Source of the DNA: Phyllobates terribilis
Taxonomy: Eukaryota
NCBI RefSeq assembly: GCF_046119375.1
Contig: NW_027362769.1
Location: 358,794,001-358,858,000 of the forward strand
DNA: 64,000 nt
Direction: 5' to 3'
A program made the translations under genes and the position numbers. Shown piece by piece: positions 1-10,672 of the stretch; the first letter of the stretch is position 1; each line of letters opens with the position of its first letter. The notes below the pieces were generated by a model. It worked only from the letters and a program-made list of their open reading frames with translations. It made no database searches and was not told where the DNA came from.

Positions 1-419
1 CCGGTACATAGTATATAGTGTAAGTGTACATGTAATACACTGACTCACTGGTGACGTCTCTAGGTGAAGTCCTTCAGCTACGCTTTTCTCCTTCATCCAG
101 CACAGACCGCCATCACGTCTTCCAGCCAGGACTCGTCTCTGCATAAAATAACACAGTTATCTAGAGCACATTCCCCAACTTCTACATTACGCAGCTGAAT
201 ACAGACGTGCACCCACCATTAATATATAGTTATTATGCCACCCACCATTCCAAATATAAATTGTAATCCACCACGGTGCCTCCATTAACTGTAAATAGGC
301 ACTTAATATATAATTTAATTAGAACCTCTACTCTTTCCACCAATTTGTTACCAGTTACACTCCTGCATCCGCAACGCCCCCTACTCTATACTTCCTGCTC
401 CCCGCATTCATTATTTACA

Positions 420-1522
420 TGCACCCCCTGCCCCAATTCATTATATCATGTCCGTGCTCTCCCCACCCCATCATCATTTACTCTCCCCCACCCCACATTC
501 ATTAAGTGCAGCTCATTATCCCCCTACTCCCAATTCCCCCATGTGCAGCTCATTTTCTCCCAATTCCCCCATGTGCAGCTCTCATCCCCCTCCCCATGTG
601 CATCTCTCATCCCCCCACATGTGCAGCTCTCACCACCCCCCCCATGTGCAGCTCTCTCATCCCCCACATGTGCACCTCTCTCATCCCCCTCCCCCACATG
701 TGCACCTCTCTCATCCCCCTCCCCCACATGTGCACCTCTCATCCCCCTCCCCCCATGTGCATCTCCCATTCCCCCCCCATGTGCACCTCTCTCATCCCCC
801 TACCCCCATGTGCATCTCCCATTCCCCCCCATGTTCATCTCCCATTCCCCCCCCATATGTGCATCTCCCATTTCCCCCCCCCCTCCATATGTGCATCTCC
901 CATTTCACCCCCCCATATGTGCATCTCCCATTTCCCCCCCCCATATGTGCATCTCCCATTTCCCCCCCCCATATGTGCATCTCCCATTTCCCCCCCCCAT
1001 ATGTGCATCTCCCATTCCCCTTCCCCCCCATGTGCATCTCCCATCCCCCCCCCCATATGTGCATCTCCCATTCCCCTTCCCCCCCATGTGCATCTCCCAT
1101 TTCCCCCCACTCCTAGTTAATTGTATTTAAAAAAAAAAAATAAAACTTGTTATACTTACCCCCATGCGATCCCTGCAGAATCCTGGCGCTCGTCCAAATC
1201 GCTGACACCAGGTTCTCCTGACTTCCGGTCATGTGACGGCGCGGTCACATGACCGGAAGTCAGGGGAATCATAAAGGCGCTGCCGCAGCAGAGCAGCGCA
1301 GCGCTGATGTCCCGGACCCGGCGCTTAGCATGGGGCCGGAGGCCCCATGAGGAGAGAGACGCACAAGAGGGGGGGCTCCGAGGGGGCCCCTACCGGCCGG
1401 GCCCCATACTGGAGTCAGGGCAGTCATGCCCTGATGGCGGCCCTGCTGGAGGCTGGAGGGGCCCCCTCTCCCTCGGGGCCCCCGTTCAATGAACCGGCTG
1501 CACGGTCGGTAGTTCCGCCCCT
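420..1522. mobile_element. Right part of a non-autonomous DNA transposon (hAT/Harbinger-type, superfamily unresolved) with internal C-rich tandem repeats
   Basis: GC-rich subterminal block with GGGCCCC motifs ending GGTAGTTCCGCCCCTG at 1522, followed by (TA)n. Left terminus not identified. Confidence 0.45.
520..1115. repeat. Degenerate C-rich tandem repeat (CCCCATGTGCATCTC-based)
   Basis: Dozens of CCCC(C)ATRTGCAYCTC units; these generate the spurious Pro/His-rich ORFs in all frames. Confidence 0.9.
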
Positions 1523-1544
1523 GTATATATATATATATATAGTA

Positions 1545-3164
1545 CAGACCAAAAATTTGGACACATTTTTTTATTTAAAGATTTTTCTGTATTTTCATGA
1601 CCATGAAAATTGTACATTCACTTTGAAGGCATCAAAACTATGAATTAACACATGTGGAATTATATACTTAACAAAAAAGTGTGAAACAACTGAAAATATG
1701 TCTTATATTCTAGGTTCTTCAAAGTAGCCACCTTTTGCTTTGATAACTGCTTTGCATACTCTTGGCATTCTCTTGATGAGCTTCAAGAGGTAGTCACCGG
1801 AAATGGTCTTCCAACAATCTTGAAGGAGTTCCCAGAGATGCTTAGCACTTGTTGGCCCTTTTGCCTTCACTCTGCGGTCCAACTCACCCCAAACCGTCTC
1901 GGTTGGGTTCAGGCCTGGTGACTGTGGAGGCCAGGTCATCTGGCATAGCACCCCATCACTTTCCTTCTTGGTCAAATAGCCCTTACACAGCCTGGAGGTG
2001 TGTTTGGGGTCATTGTCCTGTTGAAAAATAAATGATGGTCCAACTAAACGCAAACCGGATGGAATAGCATGCCACTGCAAGATGCTGTGGTAGCCATGCT
2101 GGTTTAGTATGCCTTCAATTTTGAATAAATCCCCAACAGTGTCACCAGCAAAGCACCCCCACACCATCACACCTCCTCCTCCATGCTTCACGGTGGGAAC
2201 CAGGCATGTAGAGTCCATCCGCTCACCTTTTCTGCGTCGCACAAAGACACGGTGGTTGGAACCAAAGATCTCAAATTTGGACTCATCAGACCAAAGCACA
2301 GATTTCCACTGGTCTAATGTCCATTCCTTGTGTTCTTTAGCCCAAACAAGTCTCTTCTGCTTCTTGCCTGTCCTTAGCACTGACTTCCTAGCAGCTATTT
2401 TACCATGAAGCCCTGCTGCACAAAGTCTCCTTTTAACAGTTGTTGAAGAGATGTGTCTGCTGCTAGAACTCTGTGTGGCATTGACCTGGTCTTTAATCTG
2501 AGCTGCTGTTAACTTGCGATTTCTGAGGCTGGTGACTCGGATAAACTTATCCTCAGAAGCAGAGGTGACTCTTGGTCTTCCTTTCCTGGGGCAGTCCTCA
2601 TGTTAGCCAGTTTCTTTGTAGCGCTTGATGGTTTTTGCAACTGCACTTGGGGACAGTTTCAAAGTTTGCCCAATTTTTCTGACTGACTGACCTTCATTTC
2701 TTAAAGTAATGATGGCCACTCGGTTTTCTTTACTTAGCTGCTTTTTTCTTTGCATAATACAAATTCTAACAGTCTATTCAGTAGGACTATCAGCTGTGTA
2801 TCCACCAGACTTCTGCACAACAACACTGATGGTCCCAACCCCATTTATAAGGCAAGAAATCCCACTTATTAAACCTGACAGGGCACACCTGTGAAGTGAA
2901 AACCATTTCCGGTGACTACCTCTTGAAGCTCATCAAGAGAATGTCAAGAGTGTGCAAAGCAGTCATTAAAGAAAAAGGTGGCTACTTTGAAGAACCTAGA
3001 ATATAAGACATATTTTCAGTTCTTTCACACTTTTTTGTTAAGTATATAATTCCACATGTGTTAATTCATAGTTTTGATGCCTTCAGTGTGAATGTACAAT
3101 TTTCATAGTCATGAAAATACAGAAAAATCTTTAAATGACATGGTGTGTTCAAACTTTTGGACTG
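1545..3164 (-). mobile_element. Full-length Tc1/mariner DNA transposon, IR/DR type (1620 bp)
   Basis: TA|CAGACCAAAAATTTGG ... CAAACTTTTGGACTG|TA. Inverted repeats of about 260 bp (1545-1806 and 2903-3164). Transposase on the minus strand. Confidence 0.95.
1703..2755 (-). pseudogene. Tc1 transposase with one premature stop
   Basis: ATG at 2755 is in frame with ORF 1703-2380. Single in-frame TAA at 2603-2605. WSDESK, QQDNDPKH and SPGLNPTE motifs. Confidence 0.9.
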
Positions 3165-3778
3165 TACTATATTTCTTTTTGCACTACCTAATCCATTGTC
3201 ATTGCTACTTTTTCTTTTACACATTTTATGCAACACCATTAACTTTTTACAATCTTTTCAATCACAATTTTTCAGCCCTTGCCAAGAAATACATTATGTA
3301 GGTAGCTACACATATAGAAAACAAATGTGGCAGCAGACAACTGTATTGGTTTAGTATGTACGGTTCTCAAGTTGGACTTGTAAAACAGGTGTTCAAAAAC
3401 ATCCACAGCTAAATGTCTACATTTTTTTTTATTTCTATTTAACAAAATTCAACCCCCTTCCCAAAAATAACATGATTAGAAATGCTTGGTAGGTACAAGT
3501 CTAAAAAGCCAGTAACTGCAACAGGGTGCTGTATAGATGAAACATGTACAGTTGTAACATTTGACTAATAAAATAGATGTGAGAAAAAAATTGTTTGCAA
3601 CATGCACACTTTGTAGGCTACATAAGACAGTTGTTGTTACATGTCTGGATTTGGGGTAATTTTCTTTTGTATTTTTTAAATCAATTATTTCCCTTCCACA
3701 AAATCGAAGAAAGAAATGAAAAAACTCAGCGCAGTTACTTCAGAAAAGCAAGCACACTGTCTTAGTCTGACACTAATG

Positions 3779-3779
<1 letters not shown>

Positions 3780-3815
<36 letters not shown>
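3780..3815. repeat. (TA)n microsatellite
   Basis: About 18 TA units. Confidence 0.95.
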
Positions 3816-3819
<4 letters not shown>

Positions 3820-4559
3820 ATATATTTTAAATATTGTGTTGCCTAGTTGCTGCTTTCTAGTGCATTAAGAACCAAGAGAAAATGTGTAATTGTAATTTAT
3901 ATGCAACAAGACAGATGTAGCTACACCATATCACTGATCAATCATTACACTGAGTCTGGCACTACTGCTTGCATCCCTCCTATCTCTTTCTTCCCCTTCA
4001 AACTAAATCTTTGTATTATTCGTAGATTACTACACTTGTTTTCTTTACTGCTATAGTTATACAACACAATACTATCTGGAGTATTTGTAAAATGTTTTAG
4101 GGCTTTTCCCTACTATTTATTTTGCTGAATTTAAGCTTTAGTGTCCTCTCACTATCCTAAATCACCCTAAAATAGTTGCTGCATTCCCCAACTTGGCTTT
4201 TATACAGGCTATGACAGCCCCTGGTGATTGGCTGCAATTTACTGTGTGATGTGGCCTGTCTGAGGTCACTTGAGGCTTCTGTAACTAATGCAATCTTCTC
4301 CAATGTGTTAAATGGAAGCTAAAATTTTTTAAAAATTCACACAAATCAAATCTGATATTGTTCGAATTCGCCATGACTCAAATTAAATTAACATTGAACT
4401 GATTCTCTATTCATCTGTAGTCAAAATTCAACATGCCTGATCTTTTCTTTCTCATCTTCTATAACCCAAAGAACAAAAATCAGCGGCTTTGGTTATGTTT
4501 CATATTTTTGTATGTGTTTATGTGTAGGGACACTTTTTGCATATCCACAAAATATGCCA

Positions 4560-5360
4560 TGAATGTTTGCCAGATGTGGATTCCATTACTATGTGGACAA
4601 TTTGGGCTTCCCAACCTTTCGGGTAGCCACCCTACCAGACGGGTTAGGGCACCCTTCCCGTTTCAGAGACCAGAATCTGTCAGACGTTATGGCATATACT
4701 GTGGCTGAGAATACTCCTGTAATGGTAGCATTGGATGTGAGGAGCAGTTTTCAGGGTTTGAAAGTTACTTTTGGCCATGTTGAGTTGTATATTCTATACT
4801 TAGAGAATATTTTACATATCAGCACACAATAATATCAGTGAGGTATGGGTCATTTTTTATTTCATCCTTGTAGTCAGCAAAGTATCTGCTTCTAATATAG
4901 TGAAGGAGAAAAACACCAACTTGGCTATTTTATCTGCTTTCCCAAAAGGTTAATATCTTCTGTAGTTCCCATGATCTGGAGGATTAGCATTGTGATTATA
5001 GAGATAAGACTTCTTTGAGGCTCCGTTCCAGATCATTTACAAAAATCCTTCCTGGTCTTGAAAATCTTTGCTCAGAAGAAATTAAACTTTGGAGTAAGGA
5101 GCCTTGTTTGTCAAGAGGCTTCGGCATATTACGAAACAACTAAATCCAATAAAACCAGTGTGTGATGTTCTGTAGATGTGCGGCATTTAATCTCTTCCTG
5201 CCTTGACATACCCATAATGCTGTGCACCATTAAGACGCTGTGCCAAGGGATCTTTCTGGTCAGCATTGATTCCACAAATTGCATACTGTCTGCCAGGTAG
5301 TAGACCGCACAATGGAGCATAAAAGGTTCAATGTTCTTCACACCTGGTTATTAGAGTAGG
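4560..5360 (+). pseudogene. Possible highly degraded L1/Tx1-clade reverse transcriptase fragment
   Basis: By-eye resemblance only: DVMAYTVAENTPVMVALD to the region around the RT LD..KAFD motif, and SVDVRHLIS..IPIMLCTIK to the YADD region. Many stops. Confidence 0.3.
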
Positions 5361-6269
5361 TCTACAACCCCCTCGTAAAACCACACAACATGAAATAAAT
5401 TGTTAACCATATGTTCGAACGTAATGAAATCCACAAATATTGACCTCTTTATAGTACAAGATCCAAATAATCTTAAAGTTGTCAGTATCTGCCTTTTGAA
5501 GGGGTTGTCTAGTTTATAAATCACATTTTGTAAAACAATATTAGGTTAGTATGCTCATGTAACCATTACATTGACTCTTGCTCTAGAAGACCAATAACCT
5601 TCATGCAAAACATAGATATACCACTTTTTATGTTGACTGTGTAATACTTTATTTACCCTGTGGTGGCGCTGTAGAGTGTAGAATGTAACAGTTGGTGCTA
5701 AGCTCCATCAGAGTTTACAGCTGAATTTTAGAGGTACAGAATGACATCCATTGTAATGTGGGCTCCTTTCTAACAAAACAGCCTATCCAAAAAAAAAACT
5801 GAAAGTAGTTCGGTAACAAGGTGGAGGACGACGCAAGATGATGGAGTTTCAAAATCCTTCCATCTAACTTACTCTCCTGCCTGAATGTAAATCAGGCAGC
5901 TCTCATAGAAGGGACAGAAGGAGAGGGGGTACAAAGAGGCTGCTCTCCAATGCTGAGATGTGACTGGAAAGGTAAGTAGGTGAAATGTAAGTATACAGTA
6001 TGTGTATAATGTGTGTTAATGTATGTGTGTAATGTGTATGTTTCCTATGTGTTTATGTGATATGTACAGTTGAAACCAGAAGTTTCCATACAGTATATAA
6101 AAAGACACATCTGCATGTTTTTTTCAATATCTGACATGAAATCAAAATAAACCTTTCCTGTTTTAGGTCAATTAGAATTACCACAATTTTTAATATTTGC
6201 CAAATGCCAGAATAATGAGAGAGAGAGAATGTTTTAAGGCATTTTTATTACTTACTGCAAAGTCAAAGG

Positions 6270-7403
6270 TGTAACGGGTCTGGTAGGCGGAACCTCTGAG
6301 CTACTATACAAGGGGGCGGTCCTTGTAAGGGAGCGGGTGGCGACCAGGGAAGACGGGCAGGCAGTCACAGCAGGTGACCGGGACAGTCTCTGGGTGAACG
6401 GGCAGGAGGTCACGGCAAGTGACTGGGACAGTCTCTGGGTAAACGGGCAGGAGGTCACAGCAAGTGACTGGGGCAGTCTCTGGGTGAACGGGCAGGAGGT
6501 CACAGCAAGTGACCGGGGCAGTCTCTGGGTGGACGGGCAGGAGGTCACAGCAAGTGACCGGGACAGTCTCTGGGTATAGGGTAGGTACGACCTGTGACGG
6601 CTGAGCCTCCAGGTAGGCTAGCAGGCGGATGACAGATGAGTGCTCCCAGGTGAGCAGGCGAGAGTCTCTGGAAAAGCAGGTGGTCACAGCACGTGACGGC
6701 AGAGCCTCCAGGTAGGCAAGCAGGCAGGTAGCGGAGGAGCGCTCCCAGGTGAGCGGGCAAGAGTCTCTGGAATAGCAGGTGGTCACAGCACGTGACGTCG
6801 GAGCCTCCAGGTAGGCAAGCAGGCAGGTAGCGGAGGAGCGCTCCCAGGTGAGCGGGCAAGAGTCTCTGGAATAGCAGGTGGTCACAGCACGTGACGGCGG
6901 AGCCTCCAGGTAGGCTAGCAGGCAGGTAGCAGAGGAGCGCTCCCAGGTGAGCGGGCAAGCTGGTCCATAGACAGACTGACAGGAGTAGGAAGGCAGACCG
7001 TCGGACCTCAGGCTAGCAAGCAGGTAGCAGGAATATCAGGCAGGAAACAGACAGCAAACTGGCAGGACTCTGGCAGGAATCAGGCAGGTAACTGGCAGGT
7101 AACTGGCAACGGGACCTGAGGGCTGAAGCAGAGTAGTGAACAGTGCAACAACATTGCTCGGGTACCTCCATTTTGGAGGAGGTGCCTTATATATGGTGAA
7201 GTCCTCCGGCCATTGGCCGGGGACTCCTTAGGACGGCGCGAGCGGCCCCTCTAAGAGGGAGGGAGCGCGCGCGCGCCCTAAGCACAGTGGCCGGGAAGGA
7301 GCGCGCGCTGCCAGCAGAGCGGGAGGAGGACGCCGGGCTCGGAGCAGAGAGGTGAGGGGAACAGCGTCCCTGCCTAGCAGAGGGCAGGGACGCCGACGCT
7401 ACA
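6270..7403 (-). repeat. Element A 3' LTR
   Basis: Near-identical to 11575-12708 (3 differences seen). Contains 45-bp (x~5) and 99-bp (x4) internal tandem repeats. Confidence 0.97.
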
Positions 7404-10400
7404 GTACCCCCCCCTTTAGGCCCCCCCTTTTTTAGGCCAGACAGAAATTTAGCAAGGATGAGAGGGGCATGGATGTTCTCTCGGGGCTCCCACGTTCTCT
7501 CTTCAGGACCAAACCCCTTCCAATCTACTAGAAAAAAGGTCTTCCCTCTTACCCTTTTGGTGGCCAGAATGTTCTCTACCTCAAATTCGTTTTCAGCGGA
7601 AACCAGAGCAGGAGGCGTGCCTGTAGACTTGGAAAAAGAGTTAAGTACCACAGGTTTGAGGAGAGATACATGGAAGGAGTTAGGGATCCGCAAGTTGGCC
7701 GGGAGTTTCAATTTATAGGCCACCGGGTTGATCTGACTGATGACCTCCAGAGGACCGATGAACCGAGGCCCTAACTTATAGGAAGGAATCTTGAGCCGGA
7801 CATACTTGGACGAGAGCCAGACCTTATCCCCTGGACGGAATTGAGGAGGATCCAGACGTTTTTTGTCAGCATGTCTTTTCATACGCTCGGATGACAGAAG
7901 GAGTGCGGACCGGGTACTCTCCCATATGGAGGAAAATTTGTTAACAAGAGATTCCGCAGCCGGATTGTCCACCGAGGTGGAGACGGGAAACGGGATCCGA
8001 GGATGCTGACCGAAGACTACAAAAAACGGGGATTTGGAGGAGGATTCGCTCTCGTGATTGTTGTACGAGAATTTGGCCCATGGCAGGAGATCCACCCAGT
8101 CAGAATGGTGGGCATTAACGAAGTGCCGGAGGTAACTGGTCAGGATCTGATTGATCCGCTCCACTTGACCATTAGACTGTGGGTGGTAAGCGGAGGAGAA
8201 GTCCAGGGTGACGTCTAGCAATTTACAAGTGGCTCTCCAGAAACGAGAAGTGAACTGTACCCCACGATCCGACACGATGTGACGGGGCAGGCCATGAAGA
8301 CGGAAGATGTGGCGGATAAAGTCTTTAGCCAGCTCGGGTGCAGACGGGAGGCCTGGCAGGGGAATGAAGTGAGCCATCTTGGAAAAGCGGTCAGCTACCA
8401 CCCAAATGACCGTACAACCGGCAGAGACGGGAAGATCAGTTATGAAGTCCATCGCTATATGCTGCCAGGGGGCAGCAGGTACTGGCAGAGGAAGGAGGCG
8501 ACCGGCTGGCAGGTGTCTCGGAACTTTGTTGCGGGCGCAGGACACACAGGCAGAAACAAAGTCTATTACATCCTTGTGCAGGTTAGGCCACCAGTAGTGC
8601 CAGGTAATAAGCTGGAGGGTCTTTTTCTGACCGGCGTGGCCAGCTAGTTTAGATGAATGACCCCAGTGTAGGATCTTCTCCCGATCAGGTACCGATACGA
8701 ACGTCTTACCGGGAGGGAGACGATTTAGACTCACGGGAGCCACCTGCATTACTCTGGCGGGATCGATGATATGTTTAGGTTCCTCCTCGAGGTCAGATAC
8801 CAGAAAGGATCGGGACAAGGCGTCCGCTTTGATGTTCTTGTAAGCCGGGCGAAAATGTAGAACAAAATCAAAGCGAGCAAAAAACAAGGACCACCGGGCT
8901 TGGCGCGGGTTAAGTCTCTGGGCATGCTGGAGGTAAGCCAAGTTCTTGTGGTCAGTGTAAATTATTACCGGATGAAGAGCCCCCTCGAGTAGGTAACGCC
9001 ACTCCTCCAATGCCAGCTTGATGGCCAATAACTCTCGGTCTCCTATGGAATAATTGCGCTCAGAAGAGGAGAAGAGTTTGGAGAAAAAGCCACAGGTTAC
9101 CATTCTCCCGGAAGATGATTTTTGAGTAAGTACAGCTCCAGCTCCAGAGGAGGAGGCGTCAACCTCCAGGAAGAACTGCTTGTTGCCGTCCGGACGATGC
9201 AGCACCGGGGCGGAAGAGAAGGCCTGTTTTAATGAAAGAAAGGCCTCCTCTGCTTCGGACGGCCACTCCTTGGGATTAGTACCCTTACGGGTGAGCGCGG
9301 AAATTGGGGCAGTCCGGGAAGAGAAGTGTGGTATGAAGAGGCGGTAGTAGTTGGCGAAGCCCAGGAACCGCTGAATGGCCTTCAACCCCTCCAGTCGGGG
9401 CCATTTCTCGATGGCAGACAGTTTCTCTGGATCCATTCGTAGGCCGGTCTGAGAAATAATGTAGCCCAAAAACGGAAGCGAGGTCTGCTCAAAGAGGCAC
9501 TTCTCATATTTAGCGAAGAGGTGATTCTGCCTGAGCCTGAGCAGGACCTGACGAACGTCCCTCCGGTGAGTCTGGAGATCCGGAGAGAAGACCAAGATGT
9601 CGTCCAGGTACACCACAACGCAGGAGTAGAGAAGGTCCCAGAAGATGTCATTGACCAACTCTTGAAAGACGGCAGGAGCGTTACAGAGACCAAAGGGCAT
9701 TACCAGATATTCATAGTGGCCGTCCCGGGTGTTGAATGCAGTCTTCCATTCATCCCCTTGACGGATACGGACCAGGTTGTACGCCCCACGGAGGTCCAGT
9801 TTGGTGAAGACTCTAGCCCCCCTCAGGCGATCAAATAATTCTGGAATGAGCGGAAGGGGGTACTTATTCTTCACCGTGATCTGGTTAAGGCCTCTATAGT
9901 CTATACAGGGACGGAGAGAGCCGTCCTTCTTTTTTACGAAGAAGAAGCCTGCTCCCGCCGGGGAGGTAGATTTCCGGATGAATCCCCTGGCCAAATTCTC
10001 CTCAATATATTCGGACATCGACCGGGTCTCAGCAGCGGACAATGGGTAAATACGCCCACGGGGAGGAGTAGTACCGGGTAACAGGTCGATAGGACAGTCG
10101 TATGGTCTATGAGGTGGTAATGTCTCTGCCTCCTTTTTATTAAAGACATCAGCAAATGACCAATAGGGAATCGGAAGTCCAGGTAGATTAGTTGGGGTAG
10201 GAGAAGGACGGACGGGACGAACAGGAACCAAACAAGTCTTATGACAGTCCTGTCCCCAGCGAAGGACTTCTCCGGTCTGCCAGTCAAGCACGGGTGCATG
10301 TCTCTGGAGCCAAGGTAGACCTAGTAAAAGGGCGTGAGAGAGTCCAGGCAGAACATGAAAAGAGATGCTCTCAGAATGCAGCATTCCCACCTGCAGAGTT

Positions 10401-10672
10401 ATGGATTCGGTGATGAGTTGGATGGGACGTGGTAAGAGGCCCCCATCCACAGCAGCGACAGATAATGGTACAGCCAGAGGTTTGGTGGGAATGCGGTATT
10501 TTTCTACCAGGGACTGTGAAATAAGATTCCCGGCCGCTCCAGAGTCAAGTTGGGCTAGTTCGAAATAACGATTCTCCCCGCAGATAATAGAGACTGACAG
10601 TAGCAGAGATGGAGAGGATTTATTCTTGTCTAGGTGGACCTCTCTGAGCGAACCTAGACACAGGCGTTTCCC
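7187..10672 (-). CDS. pol: Element A Pol (protease, RT, RNase H, integrase, chromodomain), entered by -1 frameshift
   Basis: The frame is open from the GGGAAAC slip site. LDSGAAG protease, YLDD RT, HHCC and DDE integrase, GPxF motif, EFEVENIL..VDWKGFGP chromodomain. Confidence 0.95.
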   Translation of the reverse strand, partial: GKRLCLGSLREVHLDKNKSSPSLLLSVSIICGENRYFELAQLDSGAAGNLISQSLVEKYRIPTKPLAVPLSVAAVDGGLLPRPIQLITESITLQVGMLHSESISFHVLPGLSHALLLGLPWLQRHAPVLDWQTGEVLRWGQDCHKTCLVPVRPVRPSPTPTNLPGLPIPYWSFADVFNKKEAETLPPHRPYDCPIDLLPGTTPPRGRIYPLSAAETRSMSEYIEENLARGFIRKSTSPAGAGFFFVKKKDGSLRPCIDYRGLNQITVKNKYPLPLIPELFDRLRGARVFTKLDLRGAYNLVRIRQGDEWKTAFNTRDGHYEYLVMPFGLCNAPAVFQELVNDIFWDLLYSCVVVYLDDILVFSPDLQTHRRDVRQVLLRLRQNHLFAKYEKCLFEQTSLPFLGYIISQTGLRMDPEKLSAIEKWPRLEGLKAIQRFLGFANYYRLFIPHFSSRTAPISALTRKGTNPKEWPSEAEEAFLSLKQAFSSAPVLHRPDGNKQFFLEVDASSSGAGAVLTQKSSSGRMVTCGFFSKLFSSSERNYSIGDRELLAIKLALEEWRYLLEGALHPVIIYTDHKNLAYLQHAQRLNPRQARWSLFFARFDFVLHFRPAYKNIKADALSRSFLVSDLEEEPKHIIDPARVMQVAPVSLNRLPPGKTFVSVPDREKILHWGHSSKLAGHAGQKKTLQLITWHYWWPNLHKDVIDFVSACVSCARNKVPRHLPAGRLLPLPVPAAPWQHIAMDFITDLPVSAGCTVIWVVADRFSKMAHFIPLPGLPSAPELAKDFIRHIFRLHGLPRHIVSDRGVQFTSRFWRATCKLLDVTLDFSSAYHPQSNGQVERINQILTSYLRHFVNAHHSDWVDLLPWAKFSYNNHESESSSKSPFFVVFGQHPRIPFPVSTSVDNPAAESLVNKFSSIWESTRSALLLSSERMKRHADKKRLDPPQFRPGDKVWLSSKYVRLKIPSYKLGPRFIGPLEVISQINPVAYKLKLPANLRIPNSFHVSLLKPVVLNSFSKSTGTPPALVSAENEFEVENILATKRVRGKTFFLVDWKGFGPEERTWEPRENIHAPLILAKFLSGLKKGGPKGGGTVASASLPSARQGRCSPHLSAPSPASSSRSAGSARSFPATVLRARARSLPLRGAARAVLRSPRPMAGGLHHI
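10612..10672 (-). promoter_or_regulatory. -1 ribosomal frameshift signal: G_GGA_AAC plus predicted H-type pseudoknot
   Basis: Slip heptamer at 10672-10666, 5-nt spacer, stem1 TGTCTAGGT/ACCTAGACA, stem2 GAGAGG/CCTCTC. Confidence 0.8.

Noticed and set aside
276-1130. Overlapping Pro/His/Gly-rich ORFs on both strands
   Set aside because: They are products of the C-rich tandem repeat; open in many frames with no domain content.
6252-6958. ORFs inside the element A LTRs (also 11512-12263)
   Set aside because: They arise from the 45-bp and 99-bp (3n) repeats and have no recognisable protein motif.
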